Source: an uncultured Propionibacteriaceae bacterium (GTDB taxonomy: Bacteria; Actinomycetota; Actinomycetes; Propionibacteriales; Propionibacteriaceae). Taken from it: a stretch of DNA of 64,000 nt. The stretch is taken from contig CALCKT010000062.1 in NCBI GenBank assembly GCA_937965785.1, positions 27,893-91,892 of the forward strand. The letters are read 5' to 3'. This document shows positions 55,730 to 64,000 of the stretch, piece by piece; the stretch's first letter is position 1; every line of letters begins with the position of its first letter. The notes beneath the pieces were generated by a model. That model saw only the letters and a list, made by a program, of their open reading frames with translations, had not been told where the DNA came from and searched no databases. The position numbers and the translations under genes are program-made.

Positions 55730-56188
55730 TCAGGTGACGGGGTTGCCGTCGGGGCGGACGGGGATCACGGCGCCGTCGCTGTAGACCTCGATGAAGGCGT
55801 AGGCGTCGTTACGGGCCAGGGGGCGGGCCATGGCGAACTCGGGTGGCACGGGTTCGTTGTGTTTGAAGTGCCGGACGATGTCACCGGAAAAGGTGAGGAT
55901 GTGATCCAGGTACGGTTCCCCGAGCCAGCATTTTGCGAACAGACCCACCGGGATGCCGCCACCGGAGTCGTTGTAGAGGCCCCCGATGAAGTCGAGCAGT
56001 TCCCGTTTGGTGCGTTCGTCGGTGGCGGTGTCGAGTTTCCGGATCGCGTCCAGGAGTTCGCCGGTACGTCGCCTGGCCCGGTTGGTTCGCTCGTAGGGGG
56101 TGGCCAGAGCGTCGCCGTGTCTCTTTCCGGCGGTGGTTCCGGGGGGCGTGACAACGCGGCGGCTGCTGGGCCGTCTGATGAGTTCCAT
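55730..56188 (-). CDS. Hypothetical protein (152 aa)
   Basis: Operon member with no recognisable family. Confidence 0.45.
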   Translation of the reverse strand: MELIRRPSSRRVVTPPGTTAGKRHGDALATPYERTNRARRRTGELLDAIRKLDTATDERTKRELLDFIGGLYNDSGGGIPVGLFAKCWLGEPYLDHILTFSGDIVRHFKHNEPVPPEFAMARPLARNDAYAFIEVYSDGAVIPVRPDGNPVT

Positions 56189-56227
56189 CGGTTTCCTCCT
56201 GGTCTGGGATCTATGACGGACGAAAGC

Positions 56228-57211
56228 TCAGCCGGCCGTGTCCAGGTCCTTCAGGATGGTGAGGATGTCGGGGGTGACCCGGTCCGGGGCGTGGCCTCCG
56301 ATCCTGTCGGCTGCCAGCTGGAACGCCCTCGGTCGCGACAGGCCACCGGTGCGCAGGTGTTTGTAGAGGGAGACGAGCTGTTTGCCGAGTACCACGGACG
56401 TGAGGTCGGTGTCGGTTGCGGCGTGCTCCTCCCGCAGCTCCTCGAACGCCCCGTTGCTGAGCAGCGGGATCGTCAGATTCTCGTGAACCCAGCGCGGCCC
56501 CAGGGTTTGTCTCGCGATGTCCGTGACGAACGCGATGTCCTTCCTGATCTCCTCCCGGCTGGGGATGTGGCCGTCGGGTAGTTTGGCGCGTTCCTCGACG
56601 AGCCCGTCGACGGGCCAGCGCCCGGGGACGTGGGCGGGGGTGAAGGGGTAGGACCGCATGATCCGGAACAACCTGGTCAGCCATTCCCGGCGGAGGTCGC
56701 CGAGGCCCTCGAACCGCGCCATCACGCGACCCGCGGCGCCGTCGTTGCGGGTGGGTTTGGCCTGGGCCCCGATCCGGACCCGTTCGGCGCGTTTCTGTTC
56801 CGAAAGCTGGCTTCTTGCCACCCGGGCCAGGTAGGCGGGGAGGTTCTTGACGGTGCGCTCCGGGTGGCGGCTGTCGTACCGGGTGAGCTGGTTCACCATG
56901 CGTTCGATCAGGTCGTGGTGGAGATCCAGGCATCCGGTTTCCTGACAGGCGGGGTGCAGTCCCGTGCCGTCGGGGTCCTTGCGGCCGTAGGGAGCCGTCC
57001 GGGTGGGGCAGTTCGCCAAGCGGTGGAACCGGGCCGATCTCTCAGCCCGGGCGACGTGCCAGGCCGCCTCTGCCACGGGGGCGATGTCGATGCCGCGCCA
57101 GCCCACATCCTTGGTTGTTCCGGCTGCGGCTTCCCCCGTCATGACCAAAAGTTTTTCGCAACCACCCGACGAAGATGAGTGGAGGGCGCGAAACTGGCAC
57201 AGAAATGACAC
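56228..57211 (-). CDS. Hypothetical protein (about 300 aa) with Cys-cluster
   Basis: First gene of the operon. C..C...C..C.HH cluster (ANCPTRTAPYGRKDPDGTGLHPACQETGCLDLHH). An alternative start lies at 57142. Confidence 0.5.
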   Translation of the reverse strand: MSFLCQFRALHSSSSGGCEKLLVMTGEAAAGTTKDVGWRGIDIAPVAEAAWHVARAERSARFHRLANCPTRTAPYGRKDPDGTGLHPACQETGCLDLHHDLIERMVNQLTRYDSRHPERTVKNLPAYLARVARSQLSEQKRAERVRIGAQAKPTRNDGAAGRVMARFEGLGDLRREWLTRLFRIMRSYPFTPAHVPGRWPVDGLVEERAKLPDGHIPSREEIRKDIAFVTDIARQTLGPRWVHENLTIPLLSNGAFEELREEHAATDTDLTSVVLGKQLVSLYKHLRTGGLSRPRAFQLAADRIGGHAPDRVTPDILTILKDLDTAG

Positions 57212-57657
57212 AGGCCGGACCCTGCGCGCAGAGCCGACCGCACGGCACAGCCGAGATGATCAAGAGTCTAGTTACCGGAAGACCCCACCCGCAGGGGGCG
57301 TTGTGTCGGCTTTCTGGCGGACACGTCCATGACGTGTGGCCGTCCGTCATGAAGAAGCGAACAGGAAGGAACCCGGTGGAATCATCACGAGAGCAACTGC
57401 ACGACGAACGGAGGTGCGCCCTTTTGGGGGTGATGTGGGTCGCGCGCAGATGTGAGGGGTTCCGGTGCGGGCCCCGCGGTGGTGCGTGGTCCGCATCCCG
57501 GATGCCCGGCGACGAGGCCGGTGCGAGGTGTCCAAGCGGACCCACCCACCGGGGGGAACGGCAAATCCGGGGGTATCGTCTTGCCTCCCGGGAAGACGAC
57601 CTTCCGGAACCCGGGTGGATTCTCGGGTACGTGGCGGGGAAACGGGGGTGAGCATCG

Positions 57658-58605
57658 ATGGAAACCGAACGGTCGCCGATCCGCCACGTCGGCCTGGGAA
57701 TGGTGTTGATCGGACGCGAACCCGTCGCGCCCGCCGGTGCGGTCGTTATCAACCTGCCCGGTGCCGTACTGGATTTCGACCCGGCGCGCCCCGACCTCAT
57801 GCCGTCGTGCTTGGCGGGGGATGCCGAGCTGGCCGTCCCAGGGGTGGAGCAGATCTTCGGGAGGGCGTCCGCCAGGGGACTGTTGGACGTGGCCTTCGAG
57901 GAGGGATGCGAGTCCGGGATCTGCCAGGTGCGCGAGGGTGAGGTTCTGGGGTTGCTGCGCGGGCTGGCGGAGATCCGCTGGTGCCGAGACAACTCGGATC
58001 TGCTGCTCGACTCCCTGCTGCTGGACCTGGAGGAACTGACCCTTCTGGGGCGCCTCGCCGGCCGGATCGAGGTGGACCGGGAGTGGCGGGAACCGCTGCT
58101 GGCCCTGCTCGGCTGCCTGACGCAGAGCCCGGAGATGCTGGCGCGCGTCCAGGGGCATCCGGAGTCGAGGAATCTGCTGCTGGATGCCGCCGATGTCCTG
58201 GCGGGGACTGCGATCCCGGATCCCGCGCCGGTGGGGCGGCCGGAGGTGCTCCGGTACGCGCTGGCCGCGGGCGGGACCGAATCCGAGGAAGGTGAGGAAG
58301 AGGCGGGCGAGGAAACCGAACCCTGCCCGCCGCTGAGTTCCGGTGGGGTACCTGCCGTGAATGATGCGCGGTACCTGACCGCCCAGGGGGTGTTCGACCT
58401 GCGGCTGTACGTCGTCACCGGCGGCCGGGGGTTCTTGGAGACGGGGCTCTCCGCGCTGGAGACCGCGACGAGGACCTGGCGGGCCGACGGGGCCCGGGCG
58501 GAGGCCGTGGCGGTACGGGAACTGCTCGACCTGGCCCGGGATCCCGAATTCCCCGCGAACTGGCCCGTGCGTCCCAGCGTCGCGGAACAGGTGCTTTGCG
58601 ACTGA
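57658..58605 (+). CDS. Hypothetical acidic protein (315 aa)
   Basis: Divergent from the AAA+ operon and convergent with the giant-protein pair. No family. Confidence 0.45.
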   Translation: METERSPIRHVGLGMVLIGREPVAPAGAVVINLPGAVLDFDPARPDLMPSCLAGDAELAVPGVEQIFGRASARGLLDVAFEEGCESGICQVREGEVLGLLRGLAEIRWCRDNSDLLLDSLLLDLEELTLLGRLAGRIEVDREWREPLLALLGCLTQSPEMLARVQGHPESRNLLLDAADVLAGTAIPDPAPVGRPEVLRYALAAGGTESEEGEEEAGEETEPCPPLSSGGVPAVNDARYLTAQGVFDLRLYVVTGGRGFLETGLSALETATRTWRADGARAEAVAVRELLDLARDPEFPANWPVRPSVAEQVLCD

Positions 58606-58618
58606 GATCCGGGATGGG

Positions 58619-61174
58619 TCAGTACCTGCCCTCCTCGGGTTCCGGCCAAGGGGTGGCTTCCGCGGGCAGCGGCTCCAGCAGCCGCTGGTAGATGCGGGTG
58701 TGTGAGGTGATCACTTCCCGGGTGGCCCCACCCCGGTCCGGGGAGACCGACAGGCCTAGGGAACCCGCTCGGTCGGGAACCGGGGGTCGCTGGTAGGTGA
58801 GACCCGGGATGTGATCCGGAACCTCCACGCGTCCCAGGAAATCCCCCAGCCCCAAGGGGGAGTTCCCCTCGGGGTCAACGGGGTCGTCCGATGTGAGCAC
58901 CCGTTCGCGCAGCCGCCGCCCCAAGTCGTCCACCCGTTCGTCCAGCAGCTCGGCCCAGAGCCGGTCCACGTCCCTCGCCAACCACTCCAGCGGGCCGTCC
59001 GGCAACCCTGGGTCCTGCCACAGCGCCGAGAGATCCTCGCTGCCGGGTCCGTGGTGGCGGTTCAGGATCTCGTCGAAGGCGTGCCGCCGCCACGGCGACC
59101 CGGTGGCCTCGGCAGCCAGCCAGGCGCGCAGCTGCTGTTCGTCGTGGCCGGGATGCACCAGGGTCCAGGAACGGGGCACCGAGACCGGGGGTGTGGTCGC
59201 AACGCACGCCGGTTCGACGTCACGCAGCGGGTAGATGCCGCGGAGCACCTGCGACCAGAGCCGCACCACGCGGTCGGCGTTCGCCAGTCTCAGGTGCTCG
59301 TCCATAGCGGTGATGGCCTGGAGGAACATCAATTTGCGGGCCTCCGCCTGCCTGATGGAACGGGTCCGGTACTCGTTGAAGTGGTTGAAGAACCACACCA
59401 CGGGACCGGCGACGAACAGCGTTGAGAATCCCCCGACGCCGCCCCACACCTGACCCCCGGTCAGGGCGATGCCGATCCGGGAGAACAGGTCGATGATCGT
59501 TCCCGGCCAGAACAGGTTCGCCAGCACCATGGCGGCGGTGGCGGCCAGTCCCGTGCAGAACCAGAACCAGAACCGGGCCGGGCGCAGCGGGATCAGGCCG
59601 CCCAGCTCCCCGACCGCGATCCGGTACCAGCGGTCCGCGTCCAGCCGCGCGGCCACGCCGTCCGCCAGAACCGATGCCCGGACACGGTCCAGGAACGATA
59701 GCCCGTCGACGGGGGTGGCCTCGCCGCAGCCGGCGAGCTGCTCCTGGCGGATCTCGGAGTCCTTCCCGGCGATCTCCTCCGCCAGTTCATGGGTGACCCT
59801 GGAGCCCCGCCGCCCGGTCCCGGTCAGTTTCGCGCCCGGGGCCCCCAGGTGGCGGCGCACCGCTGACTCGGCGGTGGCCTTCACCGCGGCGGAGGCGGGC
59901 GCGTGCCGGATCCCGGCGATTTCCCCCTCCTCCTGCGGCACCGACGGCACCAGGTCGCCGTCAGGGGTGGCGCAGCCCAGAACCGGCAGCGGCTCGATGA
60001 TGCAGGGGCGGCCGTGATGGTCCGGGCGTTCCAGCCCCGGGGGTAGGTCGCTGGCGTCAATCATCCCGTTCGTGGCGGTGGTGAGGGCCTGCAGGGCCTC
60101 GGGGGAGGGAAGATCCCCTGAGGCGTGACGACCGTTCTCCCAGCACCGCTGGAGCAGTCCCCGCTGCTCCCGGTCCAGGGCGAACGCGTCGATGACCGGG
60201 ATGATGCCGGGTTCCTCCCCGGATCGTTCGATCTCCCAGCCCGAGTTGGCGCGCTGCAGCCTGTCGGCGAGGACATCGTGCATCCTGCCCCGCCACGACA
60301 CCGGCCGGCTGTGTAGAAACAGGAAGTCGACGAACCCGGAGAAATTCTCCAGCAATCCCCGGAAGGTGATCCGCCGGTTCTCTTCGAAGGCCAGGTACCC
60401 GGGGTCGAGTTCGAGGCGGCGCAGGGGACTGCCCCCGGCGTTGACGACGTGCCGGTGAGCCCGTTCCATGAGCAGCTCGCCCCGGCTGCGGTCGAATCGG
60501 CCGGGGCGCACCATGGAGGCGTCGGCCCACGGCAGTTCCAGCTCGTGGTGGTCGCGGGCGGCGGCGTCCAGCCGGGTACCTCCCACGACGGTGCTGGTGT
60601 AGGCGGTGGCGCACACCTCACCCTGCCCCCAGCCGGCCTCAACCAGTACCTCCGGGGGGTGCGGCTGGTTCCCGCAGATCACCCCGCCCAACCCCAGGGC
60701 GGCGTGCAGCAGGTCTGCGGCGGGGTCCCTGACGGAGGCATCCGCGCCGCCCGGGACGATGGCCTCCTCCGGTCCCAGCACCACCCGCGACCACTCCGGG
60801 GACAGCTGCGGGAGGCGCACCTGCGGCTGCCCGGGGGCGGGGAAGACCGCCACCCCGGTGAGGCTCTGCTGGCCGAGATGGCTACGGAGTTCCTGCACGG
60901 CGTGCAGGTTCCACGGGTGCTGCGGGTCGGGCTGTCCGGATGTGACGCACCAGATCAGCAGGACCTTCTCCAAGGCGGTCTCGGCGGACAGGAAATCACC
61001 GAGCGGGCCGATCTCCTCACCGGGGAGGCGACGGGCCGGTGTCAGGACCACGTCGCCGACCGGCCCGCCGGGCGCCACCAGCCACAGGCTCTCGCCGACG
61101 AGTCCCGCCCCGGCCCAGGCCAGGGCTCGTTCCCACAGCGGCTCGTCGCAGATGAAGATGCTGCGGTGGCTCAT
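58619..61174 (-). CDS. Hypothetical 851-aa protein with central TM region
   Basis: Long uninterrupted ORF with TM segments around residues 520-590. It lies 4 bp downstream of the 931+-aa gene. Confidence 0.55.
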   Translation of the reverse strand: MSHRSIFICDEPLWERALAWAGAGLVGESLWLVAPGGPVGDVVLTPARRLPGEEIGPLGDFLSAETALEKVLLIWCVTSGQPDPQHPWNLHAVQELRSHLGQQSLTGVAVFPAPGQPQVRLPQLSPEWSRVVLGPEEAIVPGGADASVRDPAADLLHAALGLGGVICGNQPHPPEVLVEAGWGQGEVCATAYTSTVVGGTRLDAAARDHHELELPWADASMVRPGRFDRSRGELLMERAHRHVVNAGGSPLRRLELDPGYLAFEENRRITFRGLLENFSGFVDFLFLHSRPVSWRGRMHDVLADRLQRANSGWEIERSGEEPGIIPVIDAFALDREQRGLLQRCWENGRHASGDLPSPEALQALTTATNGMIDASDLPPGLERPDHHGRPCIIEPLPVLGCATPDGDLVPSVPQEEGEIAGIRHAPASAAVKATAESAVRRHLGAPGAKLTGTGRRGSRVTHELAEEIAGKDSEIRQEQLAGCGEATPVDGLSFLDRVRASVLADGVAARLDADRWYRIAVGELGGLIPLRPARFWFWFCTGLAATAAMVLANLFWPGTIIDLFSRIGIALTGGQVWGGVGGFSTLFVAGPVVWFFNHFNEYRTRSIRQAEARKLMFLQAITAMDEHLRLANADRVVRLWSQVLRGIYPLRDVEPACVATTPPVSVPRSWTLVHPGHDEQQLRAWLAAEATGSPWRRHAFDEILNRHHGPGSEDLSALWQDPGLPDGPLEWLARDVDRLWAELLDERVDDLGRRLRERVLTSDDPVDPEGNSPLGLGDFLGRVEVPDHIPGLTYQRPPVPDRAGSLGLSVSPDRGGATREVITSHTRIYQRLLEPLPAEATPWPEPEEGRY

Positions 61175-61178
61175 CGGG

Positions 61179-64000
61179 TCAGTACCGTCCTTCGGTGGAT
61201 CGCGTGCCGCTCTCCAGCTCCGTCAGCGCCCCCTTCAGCAGGTCGATGATGTCGAGGGTGGCCAGGTGGTGCGGGTCCCCCTCGGGAGCCATCGAAACCA
61301 GTTCGTCCAGGCTCGTGCGCAGGTCCGCGAAGGCCTTCCGCACCTTGGCCTCGCGGTCGGCCCGGTCGGAGGTATTCTCGAGCACGAACGGATCCCGGGT
61401 GCCCGGGATGTCACCTCCCGCGTCGATCCACCGCTGCAGCGGGTACGGGTAGGAGGTGTGTTCCTGCCCGAGGGCGTGCAGTTTCTGGAACGGCAGCAGG
61501 GGTTCGAGGGAGCTGAGGCGGAAGGCCTCCACGAGGCTGGTGATGTAGCTTTCGAGGAAACGTCCCGGGTAGTCCCGGTGCGGTGCGGTGCGGTGCCTCC
61601 CCCGGAGCCCGGTCAGGTCCACCTCCCACCAGCCGCCGGTCCCGTTGCGCACCAGCAGCGAGTTCGGGCCCGGGTACTGGGGGGTCAGTTCCACCTCACC
61701 CATCAGGCGCCCGACGAACAACCCCTGAAGCAGGCGGGTCTGCGTCTCCGGGGAGAGAGGCACGTACTCGGCCAGCGGGCGGCTGCGACGATTCAGCCAG
61801 CCGGTGGCTGAGACGGCGTCGGCGGCCTGGCTGATGGGACCGAGGATGCTGTCGGCGACCACGAGGTTGAACGGGGAGGCGGTGGTCGAGAGCAGGGTTA
61901 TCGACGGTGATGGTGCGCCGTCGGTGTTCAACCGGCCGTTCGGCAGCAGCTGCTGGGCCTCGGCCTGCAGCCGCTGGGTGAGCGGGGCGGTGCCCAACCG
62001 GGTTTGGATCACCGGGTCCAGGGTCGGCACGTCGATGGCCCCGAGTATCAGGTTGATCTGCGGTTGCGGGGCGTGCACCTGCGCGTACAGCGCCAGGTTG
62101 AGCCTGACCAGAGGTTCCGCTGCCACGAGGAGTTTGGCGAACTGCGTCACCATCTTGTCGTGGCGCCGCCGGATTTCCTGGTCGGTGACGGTGTTGGGGG
62201 CGGGGTTGAGGTATTCGCGCAGCGTGCAGTCGAGGAATCTCCGGGTGCTGGCGTTCGGGTCGTTGAGCCAGTCGATCACCCGGTTGTCGATGTCCTCCAG
62301 TGTGAACGCCAGCCGCACCACCGCATCCCGGGCGCGGGATTCGTCGCGCAGCCTGGAAACCCAGTTGTCGACCTGCGAGACAACCGGGGATGCGGTCCAC
62401 GCGACCCGGGTGCCCGTGGTGGCGTCGTCCCGCATACCCGTGATCATGTCGCGGACGGCATCCTTGAGGGCCTGCCGCTGCATCTGTTCCGGGCCGGCGA
62501 GCTGGGTGGACAGGTCATCCATGTCCCGCGGCATTCGGGAGGCGATCTGTTCCCGGAACAGCTGCGGGAAACCGGAGACATCCTCAAGGGTGAACTCGAC
62601 GGCGCTTGGCCGCAGGTAGGCGGGCACCCCGCCCGTCTCGGAGGGCCACATGGTGCGCAGGGTGCCGCCGCCGTCGAGGGTCATGTCGACTCGCTCCCGG
62701 AGTCCGTCGCGCGCACTCCGGAGGGAACGCAGCCACGGGTCGACCAGCCCGGTCGCCATGTCCGCGACGAGCCGGCCGGTCTTGCGCAGTTCGTCGGAGT
62801 AGACCATCACGTCGATGGGCTGGCCGGCGTCGGTGACGATGTCGCGGATGGTGTCGTAGTCGTCGCGGCGGAAGCTCCGGACCATGCTCGCCCGGCCCCG
62901 TTCCAGGTCGTCCAGCATCAGGTGGGCGTTGGTCTCGTACTTGTCCGCCTGGTCCTTCAGCTGCGCAGCCGCCTTCAGTAGCTGGTCGTGCAGGAGTTCC
63001 AGCATCTTGATCACCACAGGAAGGCCGAAATCGGCCACCTGCTCGGGGAGCAGCTGCCGGAGCCGCTGCGCGACGTCCAGTTCGAACTTCTCCAAGCCCT
63101 TCATGAACAGGTGGTGGGCCCGGTTCCGGAGCGGATTGTAGGTGCCGCTGTCGGCGGCGACCTGGTTGATCTCGAGTTTCGCGGCGGTGTGGGCGACCCG
63201 GAGCGCCTCCTGGGTGGAGACCTTGCTGCCCCTGCCGATCGCCTCGATGTCGCTCATCAGGCGGGAGGCGAACTCCGTGTTGAGGCTCTTGTACTCCTCC
63301 GTGCCGCGGATGGAGACCTGGTTGTAGATGTCGTCGTTCTGTGTGGTGGCGAGGTCCAGTTCGTTGAGCTGCAACTCCCAGATGAACCCGGTGTAGTTGC
63401 GTTCGACGGCCTCGTTGAGGAGCACGTCGTCGCTCTTGTCGCGTTCGGAGGCCGACACCTCAAGGTGCGCCTCCAGGAGCTGCTCCGTGACCAGGCGCAT
63501 CAGCCGGTCGTGGGCGTACTGGGCGAAGAACTCGCGACCCACGGAGAGCCGCCCGAAACCGAGACCCATCAGGTTCGGGTTGTCGTGGGTCTCCCGCGAC
63601 GTGATGCCCAGGTGGTCGGGGGCGCTCTGCTTGGCTGTGGGGAAGTTGGTGAGCAGGTAGGCGTCGAGGGAGTCGAGTAGGGCCGGGTTGAGGGCAAGCT
63701 CCGCGTACATGCTGCCCACCACCCGGTACACGTCCTGGGGCCGGGAGAACACCGTCCCGCGCTGCGAGGACGCCCCGACCAGGTAGTAGGCCTCGGCGCC
63801 CCCGACGACGGCGCTGGGCAGGTGCTGTCCGCTGAAGATGGCGTGCCGGGTGTTCATGTAGACCCCACCCGCGGTGCCCTGACCGGGGTCGTAGTCCTGG
63901 GCGATCAGCTCGCAGATGGTGGTCAGCGCGTTCGGTGCGATGCCGGCGTTCCCGGCGCCCAGGCCTGCGTACACGTCGGGTGAGAAGAGGTTCGTGACCA
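61179..64000 (-). CDS. Hypothetical giant protein (over 931 aa, 5' end beyond window)
   Basis: The ORF stays open to the window edge (upstream codons translate ...VTNLFSPDVYAGLGAGNAG...). Contains a Gly-rich GQGTAGG segment, with no confident family. Confidence 0.55.
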   Translation of the reverse strand, partial: VTNLFSPDVYAGLGAGNAGIAPNALTTICELIAQDYDPGQGTAGGVYMNTRHAIFSGQHLPSAVVGGAEAYYLVGASSQRGTVFSRPQDVYRVVGSMYAELALNPALLDSLDAYLLTNFPTAKQSAPDHLGITSRETHDNPNLMGLGFGRLSVGREFFAQYAHDRLMRLVTEQLLEAHLEVSASERDKSDDVLLNEAVERNYTGFIWELQLNELDLATTQNDDIYNQVSIRGTEEYKSLNTEFASRLMSDIEAIGRGSKVSTQEALRVAHTAAKLEINQVAADSGTYNPLRNRAHHLFMKGLEKFELDVAQRLRQLLPEQVADFGLPVVIKMLELLHDQLLKAAAQLKDQADKYETNAHLMLDDLERGRASMVRSFRRDDYDTIRDIVTDAGQPIDVMVYSDELRKTGRLVADMATGLVDPWLRSLRSARDGLRERVDMTLDGGGTLRTMWPSETGGVPAYLRPSAVEFTLEDVSGFPQLFREQIASRMPRDMDDLSTQLAGPEQMQRQALKDAVRDMITGMRDDATTGTRVAWTASPVVSQVDNWVSRLRDESRARDAVVRLAFTLEDIDNRVIDWLNDPNASTRRFLDCTLREYLNPAPNTVTDQEIRRRHDKMVTQFAKLLVAAEPLVRLNLALYAQVHAPQPQINLILGAIDVPTLDPVIQTRLGTAPLTQRLQAEAQQLLPNGRLNTDGAPSPSITLLSTTASPFNLVVADSILGPISQAADAVSATGWLNRRSRPLAEYVPLSPETQTRLLQGLFVGRLMGEVELTPQYPGPNSLLVRNGTGGWWEVDLTGLRGRHRTAPHRDYPGRFLESYITSLVEAFRLSSLEPLLPFQKLHALGQEHTSYPYPLQRWIDAGGDIPGTRDPFVLENTSDRADREAKVRKAFADLRTSLDELVSMAPEGDPHHLATLDIIDLLKGALTELESGTRSTEGRY

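Noticed and set aside
61179-64000. Tubulin/FtsZ-like GTPase assignment for the giant ORF based on GQGTAGG
   Set aside because: The segment is only a loose match to the GGGTG[ST]G signature. Spacing from the preceding Gly-rich loop and the flanking helices do not fit tubulin/FtsZ, so it is left uncharacterised.
1-64000. CRISPR arrays, IS elements/transposases, integrases, rRNA
   Set aside because: No regularly spaced direct repeats, no DDE/serine/tyrosine recombinase-like ORFs and no rRNA-like sequence were found. The only RNA gene recognised is tRNA-Pro.

Overview
High-GC (about 68%) actinobacterial chromosomal segment. It opens on a non-coding stretch carrying five GTTTCACGTGAAAC parS palindromes, followed by parA and parB, then ddl, an aminotransferase and a membrane protein ahead of the convergently read trxB-trxA pair. 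After that come housekeeping and accessory genes: TetR regulators, AzlCD, a prolyl oligopeptidase, an enoyl-CoA hydratase, a SorC regulator, a divergent mntP / DtxR-family pair, tRNA-Pro(CGG), thymidine phosphorylase, an MFS transporter, dps plus an iron-siderophore ABC uptake operon, a DUF1430-type permease plus ABC ATPase pair, acetolactate decarboxylase, TerC, a PBP lipoprotein, a rhomboid protease and a YibE/F protein. The second half is accessory in character. It holds two COG1373 (DUF4143) ATPases, a Panacea(DUF4065)-Doc toxin-antitoxin pair whose Doc motif carries Gln in place of the catalytic His, an orphan RHH antitoxin with a 17-codon vapC remnant, lower-GC islets, and a secreted beta-helix protein whose signal peptide is frameshifted at a G5 run. 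It also holds a TPR gene broken by two frameshifts and, from about 51.6 kb to the window end, a tightly packed minus-strand cluster of uncharacterised proteins ending in an unusual AAA+ ATPase next to two giant (851 and over 931 aa) proteins. That cluster is the best candidate for an undescribed system. Two families of structured intergenic repeats (a long hairpin family and a CCGCCTGCC...GGCAGGCGG element, four copies each) and a 47-bp motif shared by two upstream regions are not explained by the gene annotation.
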